A DNA stretch of 49,554 nucleotides from an uncultured Oscillospiraceae bacterium (GCA_964390145.1 CAYMHB010000005.1:1-49554); one strand, 5' to 3'. Positions 20,243-28,688 are shown, counted from the first letter of the stretch. Notes: generated by a model not told the origin, from the sequence alone. Numbers and translations are program-made.

Positions 20243-20869
20243 TCATTTATTTTTGCCGAAATAATTTGTGCAGTGAATAACCTTGCCGATAAGGATAAAG
20301 CGGTCTTTTTCAAGGTCTAATACAATGTCGGGATAGAGAGTGCTGTTACCCGCCGCCTTGAGAACAACTGTATTTCCGTCCTTGTAATAAGTTCGTACAA
20401 CCGCGTCATTATCGTTATACACCGCTGCAACGATATCACCATTCTGGATTATGGCATCCTTTCGGATTATGACACTTGCCCCTTTCTTTATGGCTTCGAG
20501 CGCCATAGAGTTGTCGGGCATTTTAAGTCCCATATATTCAAATCCGTGCATATCAGCACGATCAATGAATACAGTTTCAACGATTTTGTCAATCTCGACA
20601 AAGGGTTTCTTGCTACTGATTGAACTTACGACATGGACAAGTTTGGCACGCTCGCCTACATCGATTGAAAGGCGGTTTACGAGCGAGTAACTGTCGGTAC
20701 AAAATGCCGCTGCAAGAGCATCTATTATATTGGGTGCGGGAGAAGTTATATACCCACTTTCGATATTGTTGATGGTTGTGGTTCCCACTCCGATACGCAT
20801 AGCAAGTTGCTTTTGATTGAGTCCTGCGTTTTTACGAAGACCCCTTATATGTGCTGCAAGCATTCCCAT
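20243..20869 (-). CDS. XRE-family HTH repressor with LexA-like S24 peptidase domain
   Basis: The N-terminus (LNQKQLAMRIGVGTTTINNIESG) is an HTH_3 domain. The C-terminus (MPDNSMALEAIKKGASVIIRKD...VVLKAAGNS) keeps an S24-type Ser/Lys pattern. Confidence 0.7.
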   Translation of the reverse strand: MGMLAAHIRGLRKNAGLNQKQLAMRIGVGTTTINNIESGYITSPAPNIIDALAAAFCTDSYSLVNRLSIDVGERAKLVHVVSSISSKKPFVEIDKIVETVFIDRADMHGFEYMGLKMPDNSMALEAIKKGASVIIRKDAIIQNGDIVAAVYNDNDAVVRTYYKDGNTVVLKAAGNSTLYPDIVLDLEKDRFILIGKVIHCTNYFGKNK

Positions 20870-20924
20870 AATTACACTTCTTTCAATAAACTATGAGATA
20901 TTATAACATATTATGACAATATTT

Positions 20925-21767
20925 TCAAGAATGAAGAGCCATATTTATTCCACCGGAAATAATGTCACTTGCAGTATTTGAAATAGCATCAACATCGTTT
21001 GACGTCAGTATCATTCCGTGCCCGTCTTCGAGAAGTTCGTTTTTAATTTGTGTATGGTCACGGATAATATCCATTGCAAGCGTCGTGGCATCGACAACCA
21101 TGGGAACTCCGATTGCGATGACGGGGACACCGAGCGTTTTTTGTGTCAGTTCCTTTCGGTTATTTCCTACACCGCTGCCGGGGGAAATGCCTGTATCGGA
21201 AAGCTGAACCGTTGTACCGAGCCTACTTATTTTCCGTGCGGCGAGGGCATCTACTGCAATAACGAGGGTGGGTTTTACATGTTCAATTACGCCTTTTACA
21301 ATTTCGCCCGTTTCAATGCCCGTAATACCAAGCACACCCGGAGCAACGGCGCTGACGGGACGGATGTCAAAATCAAATCCGAGGCTTGCCTCTTTTGTGA
21401 TATGGCGGGTAACAGTCACTTTGCCGACGGTTTTCGGTCCGATTGAGTCGGGAGTTATATACTGATTTCCAAGTCCGACAACAAGTACGGAGTCGGTATT
21501 CTGATTCTGAAGAAGTTTTTTAAGTTCATCGGACACAGCTTTTTCTCCGCGTTCTTTTATATCCTCATCCTGAAAAGACATATTGTCAATTTCAATTGTG
21601 ATATAACTGCCGATTGGTTTTCCTATACGGTTTGCTCCCTCGTCGGTTTTTATATTAACATGTGTGACAGTTATCCCGTCACTGTCGTGAGAAGTGCTTT
21701 CGACACCGTTTATCTCCTCGGCAAACATTTCACGGCATTCAAGTACGAGGTCTGTTCGTATTTTCAT
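20925..21767 (-). CDS. gpr: germination protease GPR (spore endopeptidase)
   Basis: 280 aa starting MKIRTDLVLECREMF, of the GPR family. AAGAGGAA lies upstream of the ATG at 21767. The track start at 21803 is an upstream extension. Confidence 0.88.
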   Translation of the reverse strand: MKIRTDLVLECREMFAEEINGVESTSHDSDGITVTHVNIKTDEGANRIGKPIGSYITIEIDNMSFQDEDIKERGEKAVSDELKKLLQNQNTDSVLVVGLGNQYITPDSIGPKTVGKVTVTRHITKEASLGFDFDIRPVSAVAPGVLGITGIETGEIVKGVIEHVKPTLVIAVDALAARKISRLGTTVQLSDTGISPGSGVGNNRKELTQKTLGVPVIAIGVPMVVDATTLAMDIIRDHTQIKNELLEDGHGMILTSNDVDAISNTASDIISGGINMALHS

Positions 21768-21768
21768 A

Positions 21769-21909
21769 TCATTTCCTCTTTTCCGTTTCATCTTCGTCTT
21801 CACCCGAAACTTCCCTGATTGCCTGTATCAGAGCGAAGTTTTTTACACTTTCAGGCATAGGGTCTTCGGTATTCTGGATATTGTCATCGAAAAATGTATC
21901 GTTTGTCAT
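21769..21909 (-). CDS. hypothetical small acidic protein (46 aa), possibly coupled to gpr
   Basis: AAGGGGGAAAGGA lies 8 nt upstream of the ATG at 21909. The stop codon TGA lies 1 nt before the gpr ATG. I recognise no homology. Confidence 0.35.
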   Translation of the reverse strand: MTNDTFFDDNIQNTEDPMPESVKNFALIQAIREVSGEDEDETEKRK

Positions 21910-21966
21910 TTTATCAGTCCTTTCCCCCTTATTATTTCTCAAAAAACACAAAAAATGAGGTCACGG

Positions 21967-21995
21967 TTGCAAATTTAAAAGACTTATGATAAAAT
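21967..21995 (+). promoter_or_regulatory. sigma-A type promoter for the DtxR-like gene
   Basis: TTGCAA (21967-21972), 17-nt spacer, TAAAAT (21990-21995). Confidence 0.55.
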
Positions 21996-22025
21996 AAGTT
22001 TAACTTCACTTTTGGAGGGAATTTT

Positions 22026-22394
22026 ATGAAGATAAAAGAATCTGCAGAAAATTATCTTGAAGCAATTCTTATGCTGGGCGATAAAAATAACCACGTCAGA
22101 AGCATTGATGTCGCAAATGAGCTTGGTTTCTCAAAGGCAAGTGTTTCCGTTGCGATGAAATCGTTCCGCACGGAAGGATATATCGTAATTGATGAGGATG
22201 GCGGCATCAAATTAACTGACAAGGGACTTGTGATTGCACAGAAAATTCGCGAAAGACACGATGTCATTGCAGGAGTTCTGATGAAACTTGGCGTAAGTGA
22301 GGAAACTGCATACACCGACAGCTGTAAAATTGAGCATGACATCAGCGACGAAACATTTGAAAAACTGAAAAAATACCTCGAGGAATCACATTGA
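22026..22394 (+). CDS. DtxR/MntR family metal-dependent transcriptional repressor (short form)
   Basis: 122 aa, [13 protein letters not shown]...[30 protein letters not shown], consisting of the HTH and dimerisation domains only. Confidence 0.82.
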   Translation: MKIKESAENYLEAILMLGDKNNHVRSIDVANELGFSKASVSVAMKSFRTEGYIVIDEDGGIKLTDKGLVIAQKIRERHDVIAGVLMKLGVSEETAYTDSCKIEHDISDETFEKLKKYLEESH

Positions 22395-22503
22395 TTTTTC
22401 GCCGCGATTACACTTTTATAACACTAATGTTAAGATTGTGTTACCGATATTGCAAAGTTGCTCTTTATGGTATAATATAATATCAGATAAAGGGGTGATC
22501 GTT

Positions 22504-22752
22504 ATGGTAAATAATACAACACATATAGATATATGCAAAACGCGTGATACTGAAATTGAATCTATCATCTGCCGTGTGCATGAGGCTTTGGTGGAAAAAG
22601 GGTATGACCCCATAAGCCAGCTTGTTGGTTATATTATGTCGGACGATCCTACTTATATTACCGGTCATAAGGGCGCAAGAAGTCTTATTACAAAAGTAGA
22701 AAGAGACGAACTTTTAGAAGTAGTATTCCGCAAGTATTTATCTATAAAGTAA
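22504..22752 (+). CDS. ireB: IreB family regulatory phosphoprotein (UPF0297)
   Basis: 82 aa with [38 protein letters not shown] precedes the ATG at 22504. Confidence 0.8.
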   Translation: MVNNTTHIDICKTRDTEIESIICRVHEALVEKGYDPISQLVGYIMSDDPTYITGHKGARSLITKVERDELLEVVFRKYLSIK

Positions 22753-22773
22753 CAAAACAAGAAAGAATATTTT

Positions 22774-22817
22774 AAGCCACCTGTTCGAGAGGAAATTGAA
22801 CAGGTGGCTTTCGTTTT
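22774..22817. terminator. bidirectional terminator between ireB and the DMT permease gene
   Basis: AAGCCACCTGTTC-(11 nt)-GAACAGGTGGCTT followed by TCGTTTT. Confidence 0.75.
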
Positions 22818-22824
22818 GGGATTT

Positions 22825-23682
22825 CTAAAATGCCATTAGAACACTTGCCACAAATGCTATCGATGCGGCGACATATTCAATTTTTCTTACATTTTCGCGC
22901 CTCAGCGTGCTGATTATAACTGAGCAAAGCATAACTCCTCCCATTCCGAATGGATACAGAACCGAGGCATCAAGTGCACCGGGAGCGACAGATATAAGCA
23001 GCAACAAATCTCCGCAACCGTTGAAAAATCCATCAAGCGCGGGAAACAAAATATTTTTTCCTTTGAGAAACGAAACCTTTTCTCCTTTTGCGAAAAGCCA
23101 TACACTGCAGATTAAAACCGTCCATACACCTGAATAGAACAAAAAGCTTGTACTGTCCGTAATTTTTAACCCTATGTTCTGATGAATTGTTGAAATAGTC
23201 CCCACGGTTCCGTTTAAGATAAAAACAAGAATGTAGTATAAAAACGCTTTTTTGTTATGGCTGCCTTTCTGAATATTCATCGCAACAGCGAATGCTACCA
23301 AAATGAAGCAAACGACTTTGAAGACAGAAGGTTCCTCTCCGAACAGAAAAACACCTATTAGAAAAGGGAGTGTCATTCCGCCGAGCATTGTGAACACCGA
23401 ATATACGGAAAGATTTGCCACCGAAAAGGCTTTAAGGCTGAAATAAATCATCAGTACATAGCAAAGTGAATAAGGTGCTGCCACCAGAAATGAAAATATG
23501 GTAAACTCGAGCGAAAACGCGCTCAGCACGAGCATTATCGCCATTACGGACAAACCTTTGTGAAGGGCATACAAAAGCGCCTGAGGAAGAGCCGTGCCGC
23601 AGTTTTTTTCGTAGCTCTGCTGACAAATGAACTGCAAGGAGAACATAACCGCAGCAATGGAAATTAAAATATAGTATATCAT
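22825..23682 (-). CDS. DMT-superfamily permease (EamA/GRP sugar-porter-like, about 10 TM)
   Basis: 285 aa, hydrophobic throughout, with two-fold internal symmetry typical of DMT/GRP (GlcU/RbsU-size) transporters. Confidence 0.6.
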   Translation of the reverse strand: MIYYILISIAAVMFSLQFICQQSYEKNCGTALPQALLYALHKGLSVMAIMLVLSAFSLEFTIFSFLVAAPYSLCYVLMIYFSLKAFSVANLSVYSVFTMLGGMTLPFLIGVFLFGEEPSVFKVVCFILVAFAVAMNIQKGSHNKKAFLYYILVFILNGTVGTISTIHQNIGLKITDSTSFLFYSGVWTVLICSVWLFAKGEKVSFLKGKNILFPALDGFFNGCGDLLLLISVAPGALDASVLYPFGMGGVMLCSVIISTLRRENVRKIEYVAASIAFVASVLMAF

Positions 23683-23700
23683 AAAAACATTCCATCAAAT

Positions 23701-25053
23701 TTATTTTACGGTTACTTTGTTTATTTTTCCCCAGCCTGTACCACCTGCGGGAGTAGTATTTGGGTAGTCGGGATTGATTTTCTGATGTGTTTCTTTTACA
23801 AGTTTGTCGGCACCCAATATCTTTTCCCCCGCCATAGTTACATTTTCTATTGTTATATCTTCGACTGTGCAACACATATCGGGTTCAAAGTAATCTCGCC
23901 AGTCATCGGGACCTTCGCCACGCTGTGCTGTTGCAGAAATAGGTCCTGCATTTACAAGTTTAATATTTTTGCTTTCGAGAGCTTCATAAGAATCAGAAAC
24001 AGTGATATTTTTTAAGTTGATGTTTTTACAGTCAGCCAGAATATCGAAAATGCCGTATACAGGAATTGCGTTAAAGCCGACATTCTTAAGCTTGGGAAGA
24101 GAAATATTTTCAAAGTAAATATTCTCCATTCTTCCGACAGTCAGGGCGCTGTCAAATTTGTCGTATTTAAGATAAGCATTTCTGCAATTCGGCTGGTAAT
24201 ACATTTTATATGTATAAGTACCGATGATATTTTCAAGAACACAATTTCTTATATCGCAATCATGTGTCAGGAGGTTAGGATACTCCTTTCTTCCGGTCAG
24301 AAGTCGGATTTCGTTATCAAGTCCTTCCACATCGTGCACATAGATATACTCTATATCTCCGTGGGTAACGCCTGAACCATACCAGTCCCAGGCAAGAATA
24401 GCTACCATATCATCCTTTAAACCTTCTCCACGAAGGTTGCTGATGATGCCGTATGAAGAGGGACCATCTATATGGACACCGTCTTTTTCGTGTTTGTCAA
24501 AGAAAATATTATCAACATAGAAATTATAACAGTTGCTGATCATTACCGCATATGAAGGACTTCCGCCCATAATGGTAATATTGGTAATATTCAGTTCTTC
24601 AACATTTGAAAAAGCAAAATGACCGAATCCGCCCATAATTGCTCTGAAACGGTCGAGTCTTAAATCTTTGTTTCCTGCCGCACACCATTTTCCGCCTGAG
24701 ATGGTTATGTGCTTATCAGGTTTTTCCCTCTCTACATATTTATGTCCTCCGGGGATGATGTTGCGGTTTCGTATCATACACACATTGATGTTTTCTTTAA
24801 GACGGATTACCTGATTGGGTGCAACTTTTAAATTCGTATCGCTGTCCATAAAGATTGAGTTATCAATCAGAATTTCATTGCCCATATCTGGGATATAGAC
24901 GTTTTTCTTTTCGTCAAGTGCAGCCTGAATTGCCTTTGTCCAGATATTGTTCTCCACAAGATGAGCATACTCCGTAATGGGAGTATAATCAATTTTCGAT
25001 GTGTCAATTACAGTTACGGTGTCAGTGATTTTTTTAATTATTTGTTCTTTCAT
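23701..25053 (-). CDS. cytoplasmic right-handed beta-helix glycoside hydrolase (GH28 / pectate-lyase-superfamily-like)
   Basis: 450 aa with no signal peptide. It has repeated beta-helix coil patterns and GH28-like motifs (KDGVHIDG, GLKDDMVAIL, EIRLLTG). GGAGGT lies 7 nt before the ATG at 25053. Confidence 0.5.
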   Translation of the reverse strand: MKEQIIKKITDTVTVIDTSKIDYTPITEYAHLVENNIWTKAIQAALDEKKNVYIPDMGNEILIDNSIFMDSDTNLKVAPNQVIRLKENINVCMIRNRNIIPGGHKYVEREKPDKHITISGGKWCAAGNKDLRLDRFRAIMGGFGHFAFSNVEELNITNITIMGGSPSYAVMISNCYNFYVDNIFFDKHEKDGVHIDGPSSYGIISNLRGEGLKDDMVAILAWDWYGSGVTHGDIEYIYVHDVEGLDNEIRLLTGRKEYPNLLTHDCDIRNCVLENIIGTYTYKMYYQPNCRNAYLKYDKFDSALTVGRMENIYFENISLPKLKNVGFNAIPVYGIFDILADCKNINLKNITVSDSYEALESKNIKLVNAGPISATAQRGEGPDDWRDYFEPDMCCTVEDITIENVTMAGEKILGADKLVKETHQKINPDYPNTTPAGGTGWGKINKVTVK

Positions 25054-25060
25054 AACATTA

Positions 25061-25161
25061 CCTCCAACTTGTATATATAAGTAAATTATAGCACCGTAAA
25101 AAGCCCGTAGTCAATCTCCTGTTGCCATTTTCCGAAAAAACCTGTATAATACAAGTTGAGG
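25061..25161. promoter_or_regulatory. divergent promoter region with two related palindromic operator candidates
   Basis: ACTTGTATATATAAGT at 25067-25082 is a 14/16 palindrome. TGTATAATACA at 25143-25153 is a perfect 11-nt palindrome overlapping the -10 TATAAT at 25145-25150; the -35 is TTGCCA at 25122-25127 with a 17-nt spacer. The two sites belong to a roughly 20-bp inverted repeat, CCTCCAACTTGTATATATAAG / CCTGTATAATACAAGTTGAGG. Confidence 0.5.
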
Positions 25162-25169
25162 TGCAAAAT

Positions 25170-26180
25170 ATGAACAAAAAACCGCTTTACTTACAAATAT
25201 CTGATGCTCTCAGAGGCGAAATAAATAACGGAAAATATAAAGACGGAGAAAAACTTCCCAGCGAGAATATGCTTGCCAGAAAATATTCTGTTTCAAGGCT
25301 TACTGCGAGGGAGGCACTGTCCGTTCTGGTAAGCGAAGGAATCATCGAAAAGTATCAGGGTAAGGGATATTTTTGCAAAAACTACGCCCTTGGGAAGAAG
25401 ATTCATGTTTTACTTGATATGTCAGATTATTATTTCCTTCCCTACTACACTCAGGCAATAAGCGAAGTGTTGGAAGAGCAAGGGGCATCATTTATACTCT
25501 GTGATACAAAGTATAGTTTTGAAGAGACTATAAAACTGCTGGAAAAATTTCTTACAGCAGACTCAGACGGGATAATTGTTCAGGCAACCCCTGAGAAAGA
25601 CATAGACATAAGAAGAATTGAAGATGTCTTAAAAAAGTTCAGGGAGAAAAATATTCCTGTTGTTTTCCTTGACTCAGATTATGGGACGGAAAACACATCT
25701 GTGGTTTGTATGAATGATGAAAAAATCGGCTATGAAGCAGCAGCTTACCTTAAAAAAATGGGGCATAGCCGTGTCGGGGCCGTTTGCATTAAAAACAGCC
25801 GCATATCAGAAAAAAGAATGGGTGCTTTTATAAACGAATTTGAAAATGTTTTCTTGATTTACGATGATGAAAATTTAGACGAAAAACTTGAAAAAGCATA
25901 TAAGGATGGTGTGACCGGTATTTTTTGCTACAACGACTTTCTTGCGAAAAAGTGTATTGATTCATTATCTTCAAGGGAAATAAAAATCCCCGAAGAAATA
26001 TCAATAATAACTGCCGATGATACATTGATTTCCAAGCTTTACAATCTTACTGCATTAACCCACGCAAAGGAAGAAATTGGGAAATTCGCTGCAAAGGTAG
26101 TTCTCGGCAAAGAAATCGTTAAAAAGGTATTTGATACAAAACTTGTTGAAAGAAGTTCAGTAATAAAAAGAAGCAGTTGA
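25170..26180 (+). CDS. GntR-family HTH regulator fused to a LacI/PBP1-type sugar-binding domain
   Basis: The N-terminus (LYLQISDALRGEINNGKYKDGEKLPSENMLARKYSVSRLTAREALSVLVSEGII) is a GntR winged helix. The remainder is periplasmic-binding-protein-like. GAGGTG precedes the ATG at 25170. Confidence 0.8.
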   Translation: MNKKPLYLQISDALRGEINNGKYKDGEKLPSENMLARKYSVSRLTAREALSVLVSEGIIEKYQGKGYFCKNYALGKKIHVLLDMSDYYFLPYYTQAISEVLEEQGASFILCDTKYSFEETIKLLEKFLTADSDGIIVQATPEKDIDIRRIEDVLKKFREKNIPVVFLDSDYGTENTSVVCMNDEKIGYEAAAYLKKMGHSRVGAVCIKNSRISEKRMGAFINEFENVFLIYDDENLDEKLEKAYKDGVTGIFCYNDFLAKKCIDSLSSREIKIPEEISIITADDTLISKLYNLTALTHAKEEIGKFAAKVVLGKEIVKKVFDTKLVERSSVIKRSS

Positions 26181-26194
26181 CAAACTGCTTCTTT
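26167..26194. repeat. 28-bp direct repeat, copy 1 (terminator hairpin containing the regulator stop codon)
   Basis: AAAGAAGCAGTTGACAAACTGCTTCTTT, identical 28/28 to 26468-26495. Confidence 0.9.
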
Positions 26195-26467
26195 CAGACT
26201 GTCGAAAAAGTCGGTCAAGCGCAAGCAAAATATAAAAATAAATATTTTTTTGCAGGGTTTGAAAATTTTCGATAAACTGATAAAAACAAAAAACCACTAT
26301 CAACCACATAATAAAAAGCCCTGAAAATTGCAATTTTCAGGGCTTTTGCTTGCTTTCGTTCAACACGCCCTCTACCGTACCCTCGTACGCCGACGAGTTC
26401 GTGTTGAACAAATTTACCTTCCTTTTTTCTCGTCTGCCAGCGTGCCGATAGGTTTATCGACACGCTG
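26195..26467 (-). repeat. 273-bp inserted non-coding element carrying repeat-family copy 1 (core 26373-26467)
   Basis: It is bounded by the 28-bp direct repeats. The core is 87/95 identical to 49460-49554 in the opposite orientation. Internal hairpins and a central terminator are present, and there is no credible ORF of 60 aa or more. Confidence 0.8.
26323..26348. terminator. bidirectional terminator inside the inserted element
   Basis: GCCCTGAAAATTGCAATTTTCAGGGC, with TTTTTATT on the minus strand and TTTTGCTTGCTTT on the plus strand. Confidence 0.7.
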
Positions 26468-26495
26468 AAAGAAGCAGTTGACAAACTGCTTCTTT
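26468..26495. repeat. 28-bp direct repeat, copy 2 (hairpin abutting the hisK stop codon)
   Basis: Identical to 26167-26194. On the plus strand it is followed by TTTTTATTTTA. Confidence 0.9.
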
Positions 26496-27278
26496 TTATT
26501 TTATGAAATCAATATTGTAAAAGTCTGTAAAGCCTATTTTTGAAAGAAGTTTTTCGGTTTCTTCATATCCAAAGTCAAGGTTTTCTGCGCGGTGGCAGTC
26601 AGAGGTTATGACAACCTTTCCGCCACGTTTTTTAAGTTCTTCGAGTATCCACATGTCAGGATACGGTCTGTCCTTGTATCCGCGTGCCATAGAGCCTGTG
26701 TTAACTTCAAAAACCATATTTTTATCAAGCAGTATTTCCAGTGCGGAAAGGACTGCTTTTTTATATCTCACTTCCTTGGGAGTGAAGATTTTATTTCCCT
26801 TGTCGTATTTCGTGACAAGGTCAAAGTGACCTACGATATCGCCGGTCTGACTTGCAACCGTTCTGTAATACTCCTCTGCATAGGCATAGGGGTCTCCGCC
26901 GAAAAAATTTTTGATGGCTTCTTCCTGAAGTGCCCAACTTCTGTCTACTTCACAGATTTCGCCTTGCGCTCTTATATAGTGAACAGATGCTATCTTGTAG
27001 TCGTAGGGATGTGCATCATAACTTGATAATCCATCGTGCTCTACTCCGCGAAGTATTTTTATTTCATTTTTATACTTTTCGGCAAGAAAACCGATTTCTT
27101 CAAAGTACTGCGCCTCGCCTTCTTTGCTCATACAGTAAGATTCGTCAAAATTGGTATAACCGTGTCCCGAAAAGCCAAGATAGGTAAACTTTTTTTCTAT
27201 TGCGGCGAGGATATTTTCCTCAACAGTGCTTTTTCCGTCGCAGTAGGTTGTGTGAACATGCAAGCTTCCGCGTGTCAT
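26496..27278 (-). CDS. hisK: histidinol-phosphatase, PHP family
   Basis: 260 aa, [12 protein letters not shown]...GFSGHG, of the HisJ/HisK PHP type. Its start overlaps the hisIE stop codon (ATGA). Confidence 0.88.
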   Translation of the reverse strand: MTRGSLHVHTTYCDGKSTVEENILAAIEKKFTYLGFSGHGYTNFDESYCMSKEGEAQYFEEIGFLAEKYKNEIKILRGVEHDGLSSYDAHPYDYKIASVHYIRAQGEICEVDRSWALQEEAIKNFFGGDPYAYAEEYYRTVASQTGDIVGHFDLVTKYDKGNKIFTPKEVRYKKAVLSALEILLDKNMVFEVNTGSMARGYKDRPYPDMWILEELKKRGGKVVITSDCHRAENLDFGYEETEKLLSKIGFTDFYNIDFIK

Positions 27279-27925
27279 GATGTCATCTTCTCCTGTTTAA
27301 CTTTTTTATCGATAACATGGCGTGATGCAAGTTCACGAAGTACATCATCCACTTCGATACCCATTTCAACCATCATTACCATTACGTGATAATAAAGGTC
27401 TGCAATCTCGTAGATTGTTTCTTTTTTGTCGTTATCCTTGGACGCGATAATGACTTCGGTACATTCTTCGCCGACTTTTTTAAGAATTTTATCGATACCT
27501 TTTTCAAAAAGGTATGTGGTATAACTGCCTTCTTTTTTCTCTTCTTTTCTGCCCTTTATCATTTCAAAAAGTGCCTCGGGAGAAAATACGCCCTCTTCGT
27601 CGCTTTCAAAAACAATGTCATTAAAACAACTCTCCGCGCCTGTATGACAAGCGGGACCGTCCTTTTTAACATATACGCAGAGCGCATCGCTGTCGCAATC
27701 GGCAACTATTTTTACAATATGCTGATAGTTTCCGCTTGTTTCACCCTTGAGCCAGAGCTCCTGACGGGAACGGCTCCAGAAACAGGTCAGCTTCTTTTCA
27801 AGTGATATTTCAAGGCTTTCCTTATTCATATATGCAAGAGTAAGCACCTTGCCCGTTTCTGCGTCAATTACTATTGCGGGGATAAGTCCCTTTTCGTCAA
27901 ATTTAAGTGTTGATATATCAATCAT
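27275..27925 (-). CDS. hisIE: bifunctional phosphoribosyl-AMP cyclohydrolase / phosphoribosyl-ATP pyrophosphatase
   Basis: 216 aa with a HisI N-terminal half ([18 protein letters not shown]...CHTG) and a HisE C-terminal half. Confidence 0.92.
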   Translation of the reverse strand: MIDISTLKFDEKGLIPAIVIDAETGKVLTLAYMNKESLEISLEKKLTCFWSRSRQELWLKGETSGNYQHIVKIVADCDSDALCVYVKKDGPACHTGAESCFNDIVFESDEEGVFSPEALFEMIKGRKEEKKEGSYTTYLFEKGIDKILKKVGEECTEVIIASKDNDKKETIYEIADLYYHVMVMMVEMGIEVDDVLRELASRHVIDKKVKQEKMTS

Positions 27926-27926
27926 T

Positions 27927-28688
27927 TCAAATTCTCCTTACCGGAATGTTATTTTTGTATAATTCTTCTTTCAAATCAGGTATCGCAACCTCGCCGAAAT
28001 GGAAGATTGATGCGGCAAGTCCTGCCGACATTTTCGGGATTTCGTTAAATAGTGTTACGAAATCGTCTATCTTTCCTGCACCGCCCGATGCGATGACGGG
28101 GACATTTACTACATCCTGCACGGCTTTTAACATCTCGATATCAAAGCCCTGTTTTACGCCGTCGGTGTCGATTGAATTAACAACAATCTCGCCTGCACCG
28201 CGCGCAACTCCGCTTTTTATCCATTCGATTGCTTCGATACCCGTGTCTTCGCGTCCACCCTTGGCGAAAACGTGAAACTGTCCGTCAACGCGTTTTATAT
28301 CAACGGAGAGCACGACGCACTGATTTCCGTAAATCTGCGCCGCTTCGTTTATCAGATCGGGGTTACGGATTGCACCTGAATTTACGCTGACCTTGTCCGC
28401 ACCGCATTTTAAAACGCGGTCAAAATCCTCCACAGTATTTATTCCGCCGCCTACTGTAAGAGGAATAAAGATAGTGGAAGCAACCTCACGAAGAACGTCG
28501 GTAAAAAGCTTTCGTCCTTCAAAGGATGCCGTTATGTCGTAGAAAACAAGCTCATCCGCTCCGCATTCCCAATATTTTTTTGCAAGTTCCACGGGAGAGG
28601 AAACGTCGGAAAGTCCTTCGAAATTTACACCCTTTACCACTCTGCCGTTTTTTACATCGAGGCAGGGAATAATTCTTTTTGTAATCAT
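27927..28688 (-). CDS. hisF: imidazole glycerol phosphate synthase, cyclase subunit
   Basis: 253 aa, starting [17 protein letters not shown], of the TIM-barrel HisF type. Confidence 0.95.
   Translation of the reverse strand: MITKRIIPCLDVKNGRVVKGVNFEGLSDVSSPVELAKKYWECGADELVFYDITASFEGRKLFTDVLREVASTIFIPLTVGGGINTVEDFDRVLKCGADKVSVNSGAIRNPDLINEAAQIYGNQCVVLSVDIKRVDGQFHVFAKGGREDTGIEAIEWIKSGVARGAGEIVVNSIDTDGVKQGFDIEMLKAVQDVVNVPVIASGGAGKIDDFVTLFNEIPKMSAGLAASIFHFGEVAIPDLKEELYKNNIPVRRI

Noticed and set aside
26215-26484. An 89-aa ORF on the minus strand spans the inserted repeat element.
   Set aside because: It runs through three hairpins and a terminator, and its composition is dictated by the repeats. 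It has no SD. The second repeat copy does not preserve this frame any better than the others. I treat it as non-coding.
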